Below are positions 43,102 through 52,539 of a DNA stretch of 64,000 nt, in pieces. Numbering within the stretch: the first letter of the stretch is position 1; each line of letters begins with the position of its first letter. The DNA lies in the NCBI GenBank assembly GCA_032128415.1, contig JAQBGW010000063.1, positions 3,597 to 67,596 of the forward strand, in the 5' to 3' direction. Made by a program: the position numbers and the translations under genes. Under the pieces are notes generated by a model. The model saw only the letters and a list, made by a program, of their open reading frames with translations, did not search any database and had not been told where the DNA came from. The DNA is from Betaproteobacteria bacterium (lineage in GTDB: Bacteria; Pseudomonadota; Gammaproteobacteria; Burkholderiales; SG8-41).

Positions 43102-43575
43102 CTAACGCGGATTTTTCTTTTTGTAGGCGGCGATTTTTTCGCGCAGATCAGTCAGTTCTTCGCAAGGAAGAAAGCACAAATCGTCGAGTGCTGCGCGCTG
43201 TTCATCCGCCTTGGCAAGATTGTTTTGCATCAGGTACAGCTCACCGAGATATTCCCGTGCGCCGCGGTGTTTCGGGTTGAGCGCCAATGCCTTGTCGTAA
43301 TGCTTCAGCGCCAAATCGAGGTCGCCGGACTTGCGTAGTGCATAGCCCAGTAGATTCTGGATATCAGCATTCTTGCCGTCGCGCTGAGCGGCGGCGTTCA
43401 ACGCGGTAATGGCGCCCGACCAGTCTTTCGCTGTAATGGCTTTTTTTCCTGCCAGGTAGCCGGGATCAACTTTTGCAGCAGCGGGCTCAGGGGTGTCAGA
43501 GGTGTCCATCGCGGCAGCTACGGGCACCTGCAGTGCGGCTATTGCACACAACAGGGCGGTCAGGAAGATACGCAT
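43102..43575 (-). CDS. Secreted tetratricopeptide-repeat protein
   Basis: Signal peptide MRIFLTALLCAIAALQVPVAAA. TPR units (ADIQNLLGYALRKSGDLDLALKHYDKALALNP...). Confidence 0.8.
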   Translation of the reverse strand: MRIFLTALLCAIAALQVPVAAAMDTSDTPEPAAAKVDPGYLAGKKAITAKDWSGAITALNAAAQRDGKNADIQNLLGYALRKSGDLDLALKHYDKALALNPKHRGAREYLGELYLMQNNLAKADEQRAALDDLCFLPCEELTDLREKIAAYKKKNPR

Positions 43576-43678
43576 AGAGGATTGCTCCTGTAGCAAAATT
43601 GAAGGGCGGTGACTCAGGCACAAACAGTGCCCGCCGTCATTCTATTCCTCCCCGTAGCGCAGATAAATGACGGGCGCG

Positions 43679-44530
43679 TCAGCCCGCCGTCAGCACCGCG
43701 TCAATTTCACCGGCGAATTCCGCGAGATCCTCTTCGCTGATTCCGGTTGCCTGCATTGCAGCTGCGCCGGCGCGCTGCCATTCCGCCCCCGGCGTGTCGC
43801 AGCAATGTTCGCGGTACAGTTTTTCGGCGACGATGCCGTGCGACACCATCATGAAACTCTGCGGCAATAGGGTTACCTCCCCGCCGTAGATGGCGTAATC
43901 GTGGTGGTGCTTGATGGCAAGGCAGCTCGCTGCAGACAGGTGCCAGGATTCAGCGAGTTCGGCACCGATGCTGGCGTGGTCTATGCAGAGTTGATCGGTT
44001 TCTATTTCCGTCAGCACATTCTGGGGATCGTTGTAGGCCTGATCCTGCAATTCCGAGTGATCGGTGAAATTGAGCATCATCACGGGAATGCCGCAGTCGC
44101 GGAACAGGCCATAGGTATAGGCGTCGTCACGGTCGAGCTTTTTGGTCTTGCGGGCGAGCCAGCCCAGAATGATGGCGATACTTGACGACGATTCCCAGTA
44201 GCGTTCCATTGCGGCGTTGTCTGTCACCGGAAAAGTCTGCTGGAACAGAAGCCGTGTGACCAGATGCGACACGTTACGCAGGCCGAGCAGTGACAGCGCC
44301 TGCTGGATAGAGCCGATTTTTTGCGACAGTCCGTAAAACGGTGAGTTGACGGTCTTCAGCATGGTCGCGGCCAGCGCGACGTCGGTGCCTATCAGCTTTG
44401 CGATTTTCGGGAAATCGGGTTCCTCGTTGCGCATCTGCGCAACCAGTCCGGTCAATACGGCCGGGCACGGCGGTATGCCCACGGTAGCGGTGATGTTCTC
44501 GGTTTCGCGTTTGACGACGGTGTTGTGCAT
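43679..44530 (-). CDS. HDOD domain-containing signalling protein
   Basis: PPCPAVLTGLVAQMRNEEPDFPKIAKLIGTDVALAATMLKTVNSPFYGL is the typical HDOD N-terminus. GAGGAAA Shine-Dalgarno before ATG 44530. Confidence 0.8.
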   Translation of the reverse strand: MHNTVVKRETENITATVGIPPCPAVLTGLVAQMRNEEPDFPKIAKLIGTDVALAATMLKTVNSPFYGLSQKIGSIQQALSLLGLRNVSHLVTRLLFQQTFPVTDNAAMERYWESSSSIAIILGWLARKTKKLDRDDAYTYGLFRDCGIPVMMLNFTDHSELQDQAYNDPQNVLTEIETDQLCIDHASIGAELAESWHLSAASCLAIKHHHDYAIYGGEVTLLPQSFMMVSHGIVAEKLYREHCCDTPGAEWQRAGAAAMQATGISEEDLAEFAGEIDAVLTAG

Positions 44531-44983
44531 TGCGGATGTTTCCTCGCAGCAGGGTGGACGCAGCAAACGCGGCGCAGCATGCGGCCGTAACGGCAGGGCC
44601 GGGGTGGAACTTTAGGCACAGCGTCGGCGCTACGATGGTGGGGCAGGGCGGTACAGCGAATGGAGAGTTTAACTATTTGATTTTAAACAATATTATGTTA
44701 GATTCGGCATTGAGCCGGAAAAATCATTATTCTCGTTTGCCATGCATGTCACTGAATCATTGAGGCAAAGCGGAATTTCACGCCCGACAGAGGCGGTTTT
44801 GCGGCGGCCTTTTAGGGCTTCTATTTCTAGTCAGGTTTCGCGATGCTCCCACTCTTTCGCTACTTCTCAGCAAAGAACGCTGAAGTGTTCCTCAATCGCG
44901 GTGAAGTTCTATTCTGGGCGAAACCTAACCTGGCGTTTCAACCTGATCGCTGCGCGGCGACTGCACGCGGGCGTTAACCATCC

Positions 44984-45700
44984 ATGGACACATCAGTGCA
45001 CCGAATAACAATCCTGTTGCTCCTGGTCGTCGCAGCCATTCCCGCCCATGGCGCGTCCCAACCGGATAGTGTCCGCGTCGACAACCTGCCCATGTACGGG
45101 CAGCCCGATGTAGAGCGCACGGACCACCTGAAACTTCTGGATGAGCATTTTATCGCCAACGCGGTCAAGACTTTCGGTAGCCGGGAAAAGGCGAGCCGGG
45201 ACTGGTATGCGCAGGGCGAAGTGTTCATGAATCAGGGCAATCTCGATTTTGCGATGCGGCGTTATAACCAGTCATGGCTGCTGGATCCGAAGAATTACCA
45301 GCCGTATTGGGGTTTCGGGCGGGTTTTGTTGAGCCAGAAGAATTGCGACGAGGCATTCCGCCAGTTCGCGCGCGCGCGCGAACTGGTGAATGACGACCCC
45401 CGGAAAATGGCGCTGCTGTCGGATTCCGGAATCGCCTACGGCTACTGCGCAACGCTCATTTCGGGGAGTTACCGGGAAGCACGGGAAAAATTCTTTGAGA
45501 ACGCCAACCGGCTGTTCGCAGAAAGTACGCGACTTGATCCGTCGTACGCGGTTGCATGGTTCCGCTGGTCACAGGTGCTGCTGGAACAGGGCCGGGCGAA
45601 AGAGGCGTGGGAAAAGGTGCGCAAGGCGCAATCCGCCGGATACCCGGTTCCGGCCGATCACCTCGTGCGGCTCCGGCGGCGCATGCCGGAACCGCAATGA
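44984..45700 (+). CDS. Secreted TPR-like protein
   Basis: Signal peptide ...ILLLLVVAAIPAHGAS, followed by TPR-like helical repeats (GNLDFAMRRYNQSWLLDPKNYQPYWGFG...). Confidence 0.65.
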   Translation: MDTSVHRITILLLLVVAAIPAHGASQPDSVRVDNLPMYGQPDVERTDHLKLLDEHFIANAVKTFGSREKASRDWYAQGEVFMNQGNLDFAMRRYNQSWLLDPKNYQPYWGFGRVLLSQKNCDEAFRQFARARELVNDDPRKMALLSDSGIAYGYCATLISGSYREAREKFFENANRLFAESTRLDPSYAVAWFRWSQVLLEQGRAKEAWEKVRKAQSAGYPVPADHLVRLRRRMPEPQ

Positions 45701-45745
45701 CGGCGACGTCAGGCAGTCCTACAGCAATCGCTTTACCATGAGCGG

Positions 45746-46633
45746 GTGGACTCCCGCTTGAACATCATCGGCCCTGGTCGCGTAGGGCGTACCCTGGGCC
45801 GGCTGATGCAGCAGGCCGGCCTGCATGCGGTGCAGGACGTGTTGAGCGCGGAACTCGTTACTGCGGAAAATGCCGTCGCATTCATCGGCGCCGGTCGCGC
45901 GGTACGCACCCTTGGAGAAATGGGTGCGGCGGATTTGTGGCTGCTGACGCCGCCGGATGCAGCGATTGCGCCGGCGGCCGCAGCACTGGCCGCTGCCGGA
46001 CGCGTATGTGCAGGCGACATCGTGTTTCATTGCAGCGGTGCGTTGTCATCGACAGCGCTGGCACCGTTGGCAGTGATGGGTGCGCATATAGCCAGCGTGC
46101 ATCCGCTGAAAAGTTTTGCCGATCCTGCGCTGGCGGTGCAGACCTTCGCCGGCACGTATTGCGCGGTCGAGGGTGATGCAGCGGCGCTTACGGCACTGAC
46201 GCCTTGGTTCGAGCAGTTGGGGGCGCGGGTGTCGGTGATTGATCCCGCCGGCAAGACGCTGTATCACGCGGCGAGCGTGCTGGTGTGCAATGACCTGACG
46301 GCATTGATGGAGGCGGGTTTGCGTGCTTTTGAAAAAGCCGGCATCGAACGCGCAACGGCACAGGCCATGATGGAGCCGCTGGTACGCGAGACCATCGATA
46401 ATGTTTTTGCACTGGGCACGACGCGCGCGCTGACCGGCCCGGTGGCGCGCGGTGATGCGGATGTGGTTGCCCGGCAGCTTGCGGCGCTCGACTCGCTGGA
46501 TACGCGCATTGCCGATGCTTATCGCGCGCTGAATCAAATCGCGCTGGAGCTGGCGCGAGCGCAGGGCGGCGCGTCTGCAGCAGCGTTGAATGCCGTTGCG
46601 CAGGCATTAAAAAATATCAATAAAAACAATTAG
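45746..46633 (+). CDS. Rossmann-like plus DUF2520 domain protein
   Basis: LNIIGPGRVGRTLG dinucleotide motif, and the C-terminal TGPVARGD pattern of DUF2520. GTG start. The last 6 codons lie inside the AT-rich repeat. Confidence 0.75.
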   Translation: MDSRLNIIGPGRVGRTLGRLMQQAGLHAVQDVLSAELVTAENAVAFIGAGRAVRTLGEMGAADLWLLTPPDAAIAPAAAALAAAGRVCAGDIVFHCSGALSSTALAPLAVMGAHIASVHPLKSFADPALAVQTFAGTYCAVEGDAAALTALTPWFEQLGARVSVIDPAGKTLYHAASVLVCNDLTALMEAGLRAFEKAGIERATAQAMMEPLVRETIDNVFALGTTRALTGPVARGDADVVARQLAALDSLDTRIADAYRALNQIALELARAQGGASAAALNAVAQALKNINKNN

Positions 46634-46639
46634 TTACAT
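46616..46639 (+). repeat. AT-rich dispersed motif (ATCAATAAAAACAATTAGTTACAT), overlapping the stop codon of the DUF2520 gene
   Basis: This is the copy closest to the consensus and supplies the codons ...NINKNN-stop. Confidence 0.6.
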
Positions 46640-46699
46640 CTCATATTTTGAGCGTATCGCGGTGGCGAGTGTGTTTTGGCCGCTTGCTACAATCGACCG

Positions 46700-47701
46700 A
46701 TGCATAAAAACTCCAAGACCGTGCTGCCAGAGCACATGACCGTCGCCCCAACCACCGAAACCTGGACTGCAATCCGCGCACAAGTGCTGCGTGGTATCGC
46801 ATTGAATCGCGAACCCGGCTACCACTTCGCCGGCAATTTTCTGGATCTCTCCTACGATCACGTTGGCACCGATTACACCGCGTTGTCGGTGGATGTACTG
46901 CCGCACTGCGCGGAAAGCGATGGTCAGTTGGGCGTGACCGGAATGGCAATCCTCGCCGATCTGGTGATGGCGGCTGCGGTGCGCGCGGGCCTGCCGCCGC
47001 ATACGCGACTGGCGACAGTGACCATGAGCATGCAGTTCAGCGGTGCACCACGCAGCGGGCGGCTCGCGGGCCGTGGTGCGATGCACGGTTTCGTGCAGGG
47101 CGCAGCGGGGCGCCAGGGGATGAGCGCAGTGGAGATCAGCAACGATGCGGGTCTTGTGGCGACCGGCACTGGCACGTTCATGATCCTGAAACCACCCAAG
47201 GGGGTGGAATTGCACCCGGTACCGCACCGTCGGCGCGGTGAAAATCCAACGCCGGATATTCCTGGTGCTAATCTGCGGCCGGATGAAAAGAAAGTTCTGG
47301 CCACCGCCGATGCGGCGTTGGCAGAATCGCACGCGCATGGCGGCTCGTTTATTCAGCGGTTCTGGGGCGTACAGGCAAAGCATGTTGCGGGCGGCGCGCA
47401 ATCCATAGTCAAAAACGGTGCACACATCGGCAACCGCGTCGGCCACGTGCAGGGCGGCATATTATTTGGGCTCGCCGCCGAGAACGCGATGGCTGCGCTG
47501 ACGACGCATTGGGCGCTCACCGCGATTTCGGCGTGGTACATCAGTCCCGGCGAGGGCCGCGCGCTGAAAATAAAATCAAAAGTCGTGCATCACGGGCGGT
47601 TGATCGCCGTGGTGCAAACGCAGGTCACAGGCAAGGGCAGCGATAATCGCAGCCGCAAGGTGCTGGAAGTGATGACCACGCACGCGTACCGGGCGGAATA
47701 A
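46700..47701 (+). CDS. Double-hotdog PaaI-type thioesterase
   Basis: Two hotdog repeats (GVTGMAILADLVMAAAV ... and HVQGGILFGLAAENAMAAL ... HHGRLIAVVQTQV). Confidence 0.7.
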   Translation: MHKNSKTVLPEHMTVAPTTETWTAIRAQVLRGIALNREPGYHFAGNFLDLSYDHVGTDYTALSVDVLPHCAESDGQLGVTGMAILADLVMAAAVRAGLPPHTRLATVTMSMQFSGAPRSGRLAGRGAMHGFVQGAAGRQGMSAVEISNDAGLVATGTGTFMILKPPKGVELHPVPHRRRGENPTPDIPGANLRPDEKKVLATADAALAESHAHGGSFIQRFWGVQAKHVAGGAQSIVKNGAHIGNRVGHVQGGILFGLAAENAMAALTTHWALTAISAWYISPGEGRALKIKSKVVHHGRLIAVVQTQVTGKGSDNRSRKVLEVMTTHAYRAE

Positions 47702-47748
47702 CACATGGTACTTCGCATGCTGGCTGACGAGATCAAATCCGGGAAGGC

Positions 47749-48489
47749 ATGAGTAAGCTCTTCGTTAATGCCTTGATCGAACGCGCCGCCGCACCTTACC
47801 GTGCAGCAGGCCGCTTTACCTGGTACTTTGCGCGTGGAAAACTCGGAGGTGATCCGATATTTGCTGGATTGCTTGAATACGGGCTGATTCCTGATAATGC
47901 GCGCATTCTCGATATCGGCTGCGGAAAAGGTTTGCTGGCGTCCTGGCTGCTTGCAGCGAATGCCATGCAAAGCAACGGCAACTGGCCGGCGCACTGGCCC
48001 GCAGCGCCGAATCCGCGGTTCATTCATGGTGTCGAAATCATGCCGCGTGACGTAGAACGTGCGAAACGGGCGCTGGGCCATGCCGCGACATTCACTGCCG
48101 GCGACATGTGTAAGGTCGATTTCGAAACAACGGATGTGATCGTCATCCTGGATGTATTGCACTATGTCAGCGGTGCGGCGCAGGATAGCGTATTGCAGAA
48201 AGCACGCGATGCGTTGGCCCCCGATGGAACTTTAATTCTGCGCATTGGAGATGCCAGTGGTGGTCTGCCGTTCAAATTCAGTGTTTGGGTGGATCGTGTG
48301 GTGAGTTATGTGCGCGGACATCGCAATATCCGCCTGCATTACCGGGCATTGGCAGCCTGGCGCACCGCATTGGCCGATCTTGGCTTCACCGTTAGCGTGC
48401 TGGCGATGAACAAGGGCACGCCATACGCCAATATGCTACTGGTAGCCAAGCTGGGGCAGAATAGTCCCCTGCAATTCAAGGGGCGCTGA
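47749..48489 (+). CDS. Class I SAM-dependent methyltransferase
   Basis: Motif I ILDIGCGKGLLASWL, then DVIVILDVLHY and GTLILR. Confidence 0.8.
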   Translation: MSKLFVNALIERAAAPYRAAGRFTWYFARGKLGGDPIFAGLLEYGLIPDNARILDIGCGKGLLASWLLAANAMQSNGNWPAHWPAAPNPRFIHGVEIMPRDVERAKRALGHAATFTAGDMCKVDFETTDVIVILDVLHYVSGAAQDSVLQKARDALAPDGTLILRIGDASGGLPFKFSVWVDRVVSYVRGHRNIRLHYRALAAWRTALADLGFTVSVLAMNKGTPYANMLLVAKLGQNSPLQFKGR

Positions 48490-48529
48490 TTGCCCCGATA
48501 TTTAAAGCAATAGTTTTTCAATTACTTAA

Positions 48530-49753
48530 ATGACATCACCCTTATTGGCCCAGTCTGCCTTGAAACCGCTCCTGCTCTCGCACTTCACGACAACCAGTTG
48601 TATTGGCCGGGGCCTCGAGCAGACTCTGGCCGCGCTGCGTGAGGGTCGCACCGGGTTAGCGCCGTGCGCGTTTGATACGGTGAATCTGGCGACGTTCGTG
48701 GGTGAGGTGACGGGGGTGGATGCGGTACAGCTTCCCGCGCACCTGACAGACTTTGATTGCCGCAACAACCGGCTTGCGTTTCTGGGATTGATGCAGGATG
48801 GTTTTGCCGGTGCGGTACGCGCCGCCATCGAAAAATACGGTGCGCAGCGCATTGGGGTGTTCCTCGGCACCAGCACCTCCGGCATTCTGCAAACCGAGCT
48901 GGCTTACCGGCGACGCGACAAGGTGAGCGGAGCATTGCCTGCCGATTTCATTTATGGCGCCACGCACAATACGTTTTCCGTTGCGGATTTCACGCGCCAT
49001 TACTTCGGCCTGACAGGCCCGGCGGTCGTGGTGTCATCGGCGTGTTCGTCCAGCGCCAAGGTGTTCAGCTCGGCGCGGCGAATGATGGCGACAGGACTGA
49101 TAGATGCGGCTGTAGTGGGAGGCGTGGATACACTGTGTCTGACGACGCTGTACGGTTTTAGCTCGCTCGGCCTGACTTCTGAGCAGGCCTGCCGCCCATT
49201 TGATGCGCAACGCAACGGCCTCTCTATTGGTGAGGCGGCTGCTTTTGCGCTGCTGGAACGTCCCCCGGAACAGCTGGATGCTGATGCGGTATTGCTGCTC
49301 GGGATCGGTGAATCCAGCGACGCCTATCACATGTCATCGCCGCATCCGGAGGGGCTGGGCGCACGCCTGGCCATGCAGGGCGCTCTGAAGATGGCGGGTT
49401 TGCAGTCGACAGACATCGACTATATCAATCTGCACGGCACGGCCACTCCCACCAACGATGCCGCAGAGTGCAAGGCAGTGCAACATGTATTCGGCCCTCG
49501 TACGCCATGCAGTTCCACCAAGGGCGCAACCGGGCACACCCTCGGCGCGGCAGGCGGAGTGGAAGCGGTGATTTGCGCGCTGGTTCTGCAACATGGCTTG
49601 CTGCCCGCCGGGGTGAACACCCGGCAGCTCGATCCGGCGCTGGATCTGGATTATCTGCTGGATAATCGTGAGCAGCCGGCAGCACATGTAATCAGCAACT
49701 CATTTGGATTCGGCGGCACCAATTGCAGCCTGATTTTTGGCCGCGCAAATTAG
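48530..49753 (+). CDS. Beta-ketoacyl-ACP synthase (KS-alpha of a type II PKS/FAS-like system)
   Basis: Active-site Cys in VVSSACSSSAKV. His residues in NLHGTATPTND and TKGATGHTLGAAG. GFGGTNCSLIF tail. Confidence 0.9.
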   Translation: MTSPLLAQSALKPLLLSHFTTTSCIGRGLEQTLAALREGRTGLAPCAFDTVNLATFVGEVTGVDAVQLPAHLTDFDCRNNRLAFLGLMQDGFAGAVRAAIEKYGAQRIGVFLGTSTSGILQTELAYRRRDKVSGALPADFIYGATHNTFSVADFTRHYFGLTGPAVVVSSACSSSAKVFSSARRMMATGLIDAAVVGGVDTLCLTTLYGFSSLGLTSEQACRPFDAQRNGLSIGEAAAFALLERPPEQLDADAVLLLGIGESSDAYHMSSPHPEGLGARLAMQGALKMAGLQSTDIDYINLHGTATPTNDAAECKAVQHVFGPRTPCSSTKGATGHTLGAAGGVEAVICALVLQHGLLPAGVNTRQLDPALDLDYLLDNREQPAAHVISNSFGFGGTNCSLIFGRAN

Positions 49754-49757
49754 ACTG

Positions 49758-50555
49758 ATGTACTCACTCACCGCATACATTGAAGGCATTGGCTTGCTCG
49801 GTCCGGGTTTTACCGACTGGCCGAGCAGCCAGGCTGTCCTTGTCGGGCAGCAGCCCTATCAGCCACACAAGACTGTGCTGCCGTCCCCCGCGTCACTGCC
49901 ATCGGCAGAACGCCGGCGCAGCGGTGCGATTGTCAAACTGACATTGGCGACGGGACTGGAAGCCGTCTCGGGAGCCGGTCTTGATGCGGCCAGTCTGCCC
50001 AGCGTATTTTCCTCGTCCAGCAGCGATGGTGAAAACTGTCATGCCATCTGTGAAATGCTTGCTTCGGATGATCGACAAATCTCCCCGACCCGTTTCCATA
50101 ATTCCGTGCATAACGCCGCCGCTGGCTACTGGAGTATTGCCACCGGTGCGATGACCGCCTCATCGGTGTTGGGTGCGTTTGACGCGAGCTTCGGCGCGGG
50201 TCTGTTGGAAGCAGTAACCCAGGTCGTGGCAGATCACACCCGCATTGTTTTTCTGGCGTGCGACACCGCTTACCCGGAGCCGCTGTATAGCACCCGTCCC
50301 GTCCCTGATGCGTTAGGCATTGCGCTGGTGCTGGCGCCGCAACACAGCGCGCAGGCGCGGGCAAGAATCACGGTCAGCCTGACTGACGCCAGCGCAGACC
50401 GGTTCGACGATACCGCGCTTGAAAGTCTGCGCATCGCCATTCCCGCTGCACGCGGGATGCCTCTGTTGCGCGGTATTGCATTGCGGCAAGACAAACGCGT
50501 GGTGTTGGATTACCTCGACAGCGCGCGTCTCGCCGTGGCAGTCGCACTGTGCTAA
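49758..50555 (+). CDS. KS-like partner / chain-length-factor-type protein lacking the catalytic Cys
   Basis: KS-fold fragments (FHNSVHNAAAGYWSIATG) with no C-H-H triad. Starts 5 nt after the KS stop. Confidence 0.75.
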   Translation: MYSLTAYIEGIGLLGPGFTDWPSSQAVLVGQQPYQPHKTVLPSPASLPSAERRRSGAIVKLTLATGLEAVSGAGLDAASLPSVFSSSSSDGENCHAICEMLASDDRQISPTRFHNSVHNAAAGYWSIATGAMTASSVLGAFDASFGAGLLEAVTQVVADHTRIVFLACDTAYPEPLYSTRPVPDALGIALVLAPQHSAQARARITVSLTDASADRFDDTALESLRIAIPAARGMPLLRGIALRQDKRVVLDYLDSARLAVAVALC

Positions 50556-51019
50556 CCCGATTGGATCACGCCTGGATTGCCCGTCACATCCCGCATCAGG
50601 GCAGCATGTGCCTGCTGGATCATGTCGAATCATGGGATGAGCAGGGCATCCGGTGTCGTGCCGGCAGCCACCGTGCCGCGGATAACCCGCTGCGCGCGCA
50701 TGGCCGACTGGGCGCCGCCTGCGGCATCGAATATGCAGCTCAGAGCATGGCGGTGCACGGGGCTCTGCTGGCGTCAGCGGGCAGTATCCGTGCACGGGCC
50801 GGTTATCTGGTCAGCGTGCGCGGGGTGCAGTTGCGTGTGGCCCGGTTGGATGACATCGTTGCCGATCTGCTGGTGGAAGCCAGCTGTGTTACACGCAGTG
50901 AAAACAATATCCTCTATCACTTCCACATCAGCGCAGCGGGGCGCCCGTTGCTGGAGGGACGGGCCGTCGTCGTGCTCAATGCTGACTTGCTCACATCCGC
51001 TGCAGGAGACGCTTCATGA
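50549..51019 (+). CDS. Hotdog-fold 3-hydroxyacyl-ACP dehydratase-like protein
   Basis: IPHQGSMCLLDHV ... GIEYAAQSMAVHG pattern, as in aryl-polyene-cluster dehydratases. GTG start overlaps the CLF stop. Confidence 0.7.
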   Translation: MLTRLDHAWIARHIPHQGSMCLLDHVESWDEQGIRCRAGSHRAADNPLRAHGRLGAACGIEYAAQSMAVHGALLASAGSIRARAGYLVSVRGVQLRVARLDDIVADLLVEASCVTRSENNILYHFHISAAGRPLLEGRAVVVLNADLLTSAAGDAS

Positions 51020-51735
51020 AAAATGCTCTGGTCACTGGCGGCAGCGGTGGCATAGGCGCGGCCATCTGCCGCCGTCTGGCCACCGATGGCTGTCATGTTT
51101 ACATCCATGCCCATCACGGATCGCAGGCCGCGCAGGCGCTGGCCGATGTCATACGTGCTGACGGCGGCAGTGCGCAGGTATTGGCATTTGATGTGACTGA
51201 CGGCGCTGCGGTCGCTGACGTGCTGACCCCACTCGTCGAACAGCAGCCGATCCAGATTCTGGTCAACAATGCCGGCATTCATGACGATGTGGTGTTCCCT
51301 GGCATGAGCGCAGAGCAGTGGCGCCGGGTGATCGACGTATCCGTTAACGGTTTTTTCAATGTCACTCAGCCGCTGATGATGCCGATGATCCGCAGTCGCT
51401 GGGGGCGCATTATCAATGTGTCCTCCATTGCTGCGCTGACCGGCAATGCCGGGCAGGTGAATTATTCCGCTGCCAAGGGGGCGCTGAATTCGGCAACCAA
51501 ATCACTGGCGCGGGAAGTCGCCAGCCGCGGCATCACGGTCAACGCGGTTGCGCCCGGTATTATCGATACCCCGATGAGCAAAGCCGCATTTGATGCCGCA
51601 GAAATCGCGCGCCTGGTGCCGATGAAGCGGGCGGGCAGCCCGGATGAAGTGGCAGACCTGATCGGGTTTCTGGCGTCAACCCGGGCGGCCTATATCACCG
51701 GGCAGATCATTTCCATCAATGGCGGCATGATTTAA
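51016..51735 (+). CDS. 3-oxoacyl-ACP reductase (FabG-type SDR)
   Basis: TGGSGGIGAA, NNAGI, YSAAKGAL catalytic motif, PGIIDTPM. ATGA overlap with the DH gene. Confidence 0.9.
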   Translation: MKNALVTGGSGGIGAAICRRLATDGCHVYIHAHHGSQAAQALADVIRADGGSAQVLAFDVTDGAAVADVLTPLVEQQPIQILVNNAGIHDDVVFPGMSAEQWRRVIDVSVNGFFNVTQPLMMPMIRSRWGRIINVSSIAALTGNAGQVNYSAAKGALNSATKSLAREVASRGITVNAVAPGIIDTPMSKAAFDAAEIARLVPMKRAGSPDEVADLIGFLASTRAAYITGQIISINGGMI

Positions 51736-51749
51736 CGGCGGGTGACAGC

Positions 51750-52523
51750 ATGATTCCTCCTGAAAAAAATCCAGTGCATGCGCCGCATGCTCCGCTGACC
51801 GATTACTACCCAACGGAGCAGGATCGGCAAGCCTATCTGCGCAAAATTTTTGACGACACCGCGGCGGATTACGATCGTATCGAGGCGATGCTGGCGTTAG
51901 GTTCGGGTTCCCGCTATCGGCGCCAGGCGCTGATCCGCGGCGGCTTGAAAACGGGCATGAAGGTACTGGACGTCGGTGTGGGCACCGGTCTGGTTGCAGC
52001 GCAAGCTTGTATTTTGGCCGGCAAAGCGGCCCTGGTTACAGGGGTCGATCCCAGCCCCGGCATGCTGGACGCCAGCAGATTGCCTGACACCATGGTGTTG
52101 ATTGAAGGTCGCGCCGAATCTTTGCCTTTTCCTGACAATCATTTTGATTTTTTGAGCATGGGCTATGCGTTGCGCCATATCAGTGATCTGGGCGTGGCCT
52201 TCGGAGAGTTTGAGCGGGTTTTGAAACCCGGCGGACGTTTATGTCTGCTTGAAATTACCAATCCGCAAAGCCGTTTTGGGCGATGGCTGCTTAAAAACTA
52301 TATGCGCGGCGTGATACCGTTGCTGACACGATTCGTTGCCAGGAAAAAAGATACCGTGACGATCTGGCGTTATTTCTGGGATAGCATAGAAGCCTGTGTG
52401 CCCCCTGAACAAGTCATGGCCGCACTAAGCACCGCGAAGCTGACGCAGGTCAAGCGACACTTGGAACTTGGCATGTTTTCAGAATATCAGGCGATCAAGG
52501 CTGATCCTGTCCAGGTCAGCTAA
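51750..52523 (+). CDS. Class I SAM-dependent methyltransferase (UbiE/MenG-like)
   Basis: YDRIEAMLALGSG.RYR, motif I VLDVGVGTGL, FDFLSMGYALRH, PGGRLCLLE. Confidence 0.85.
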   Translation: MIPPEKNPVHAPHAPLTDYYPTEQDRQAYLRKIFDDTAADYDRIEAMLALGSGSRYRRQALIRGGLKTGMKVLDVGVGTGLVAAQACILAGKAALVTGVDPSPGMLDASRLPDTMVLIEGRAESLPFPDNHFDFLSMGYALRHISDLGVAFGEFERVLKPGGRLCLLEITNPQSRFGRWLLKNYMRGVIPLLTRFVARKKDTVTIWRYFWDSIEACVPPEQVMAALSTAKLTQVKRHLELGMFSEYQAIKADPVQVS

Positions 52524-52539
52524 CCATGTGATCCTGGAT

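Noticed and set aside
44531-44983. A 453-nt gap between the HDOD and TPR genes, considered as a possible sRNA or riboswitch locus.
   Set aside because: I could not find a convincing promoter-plus-terminator pair, a conserved structure or a repeat other than a weak match to the AT-rich motif near 44668-44690. It is left as uncharacterised intergenic DNA.
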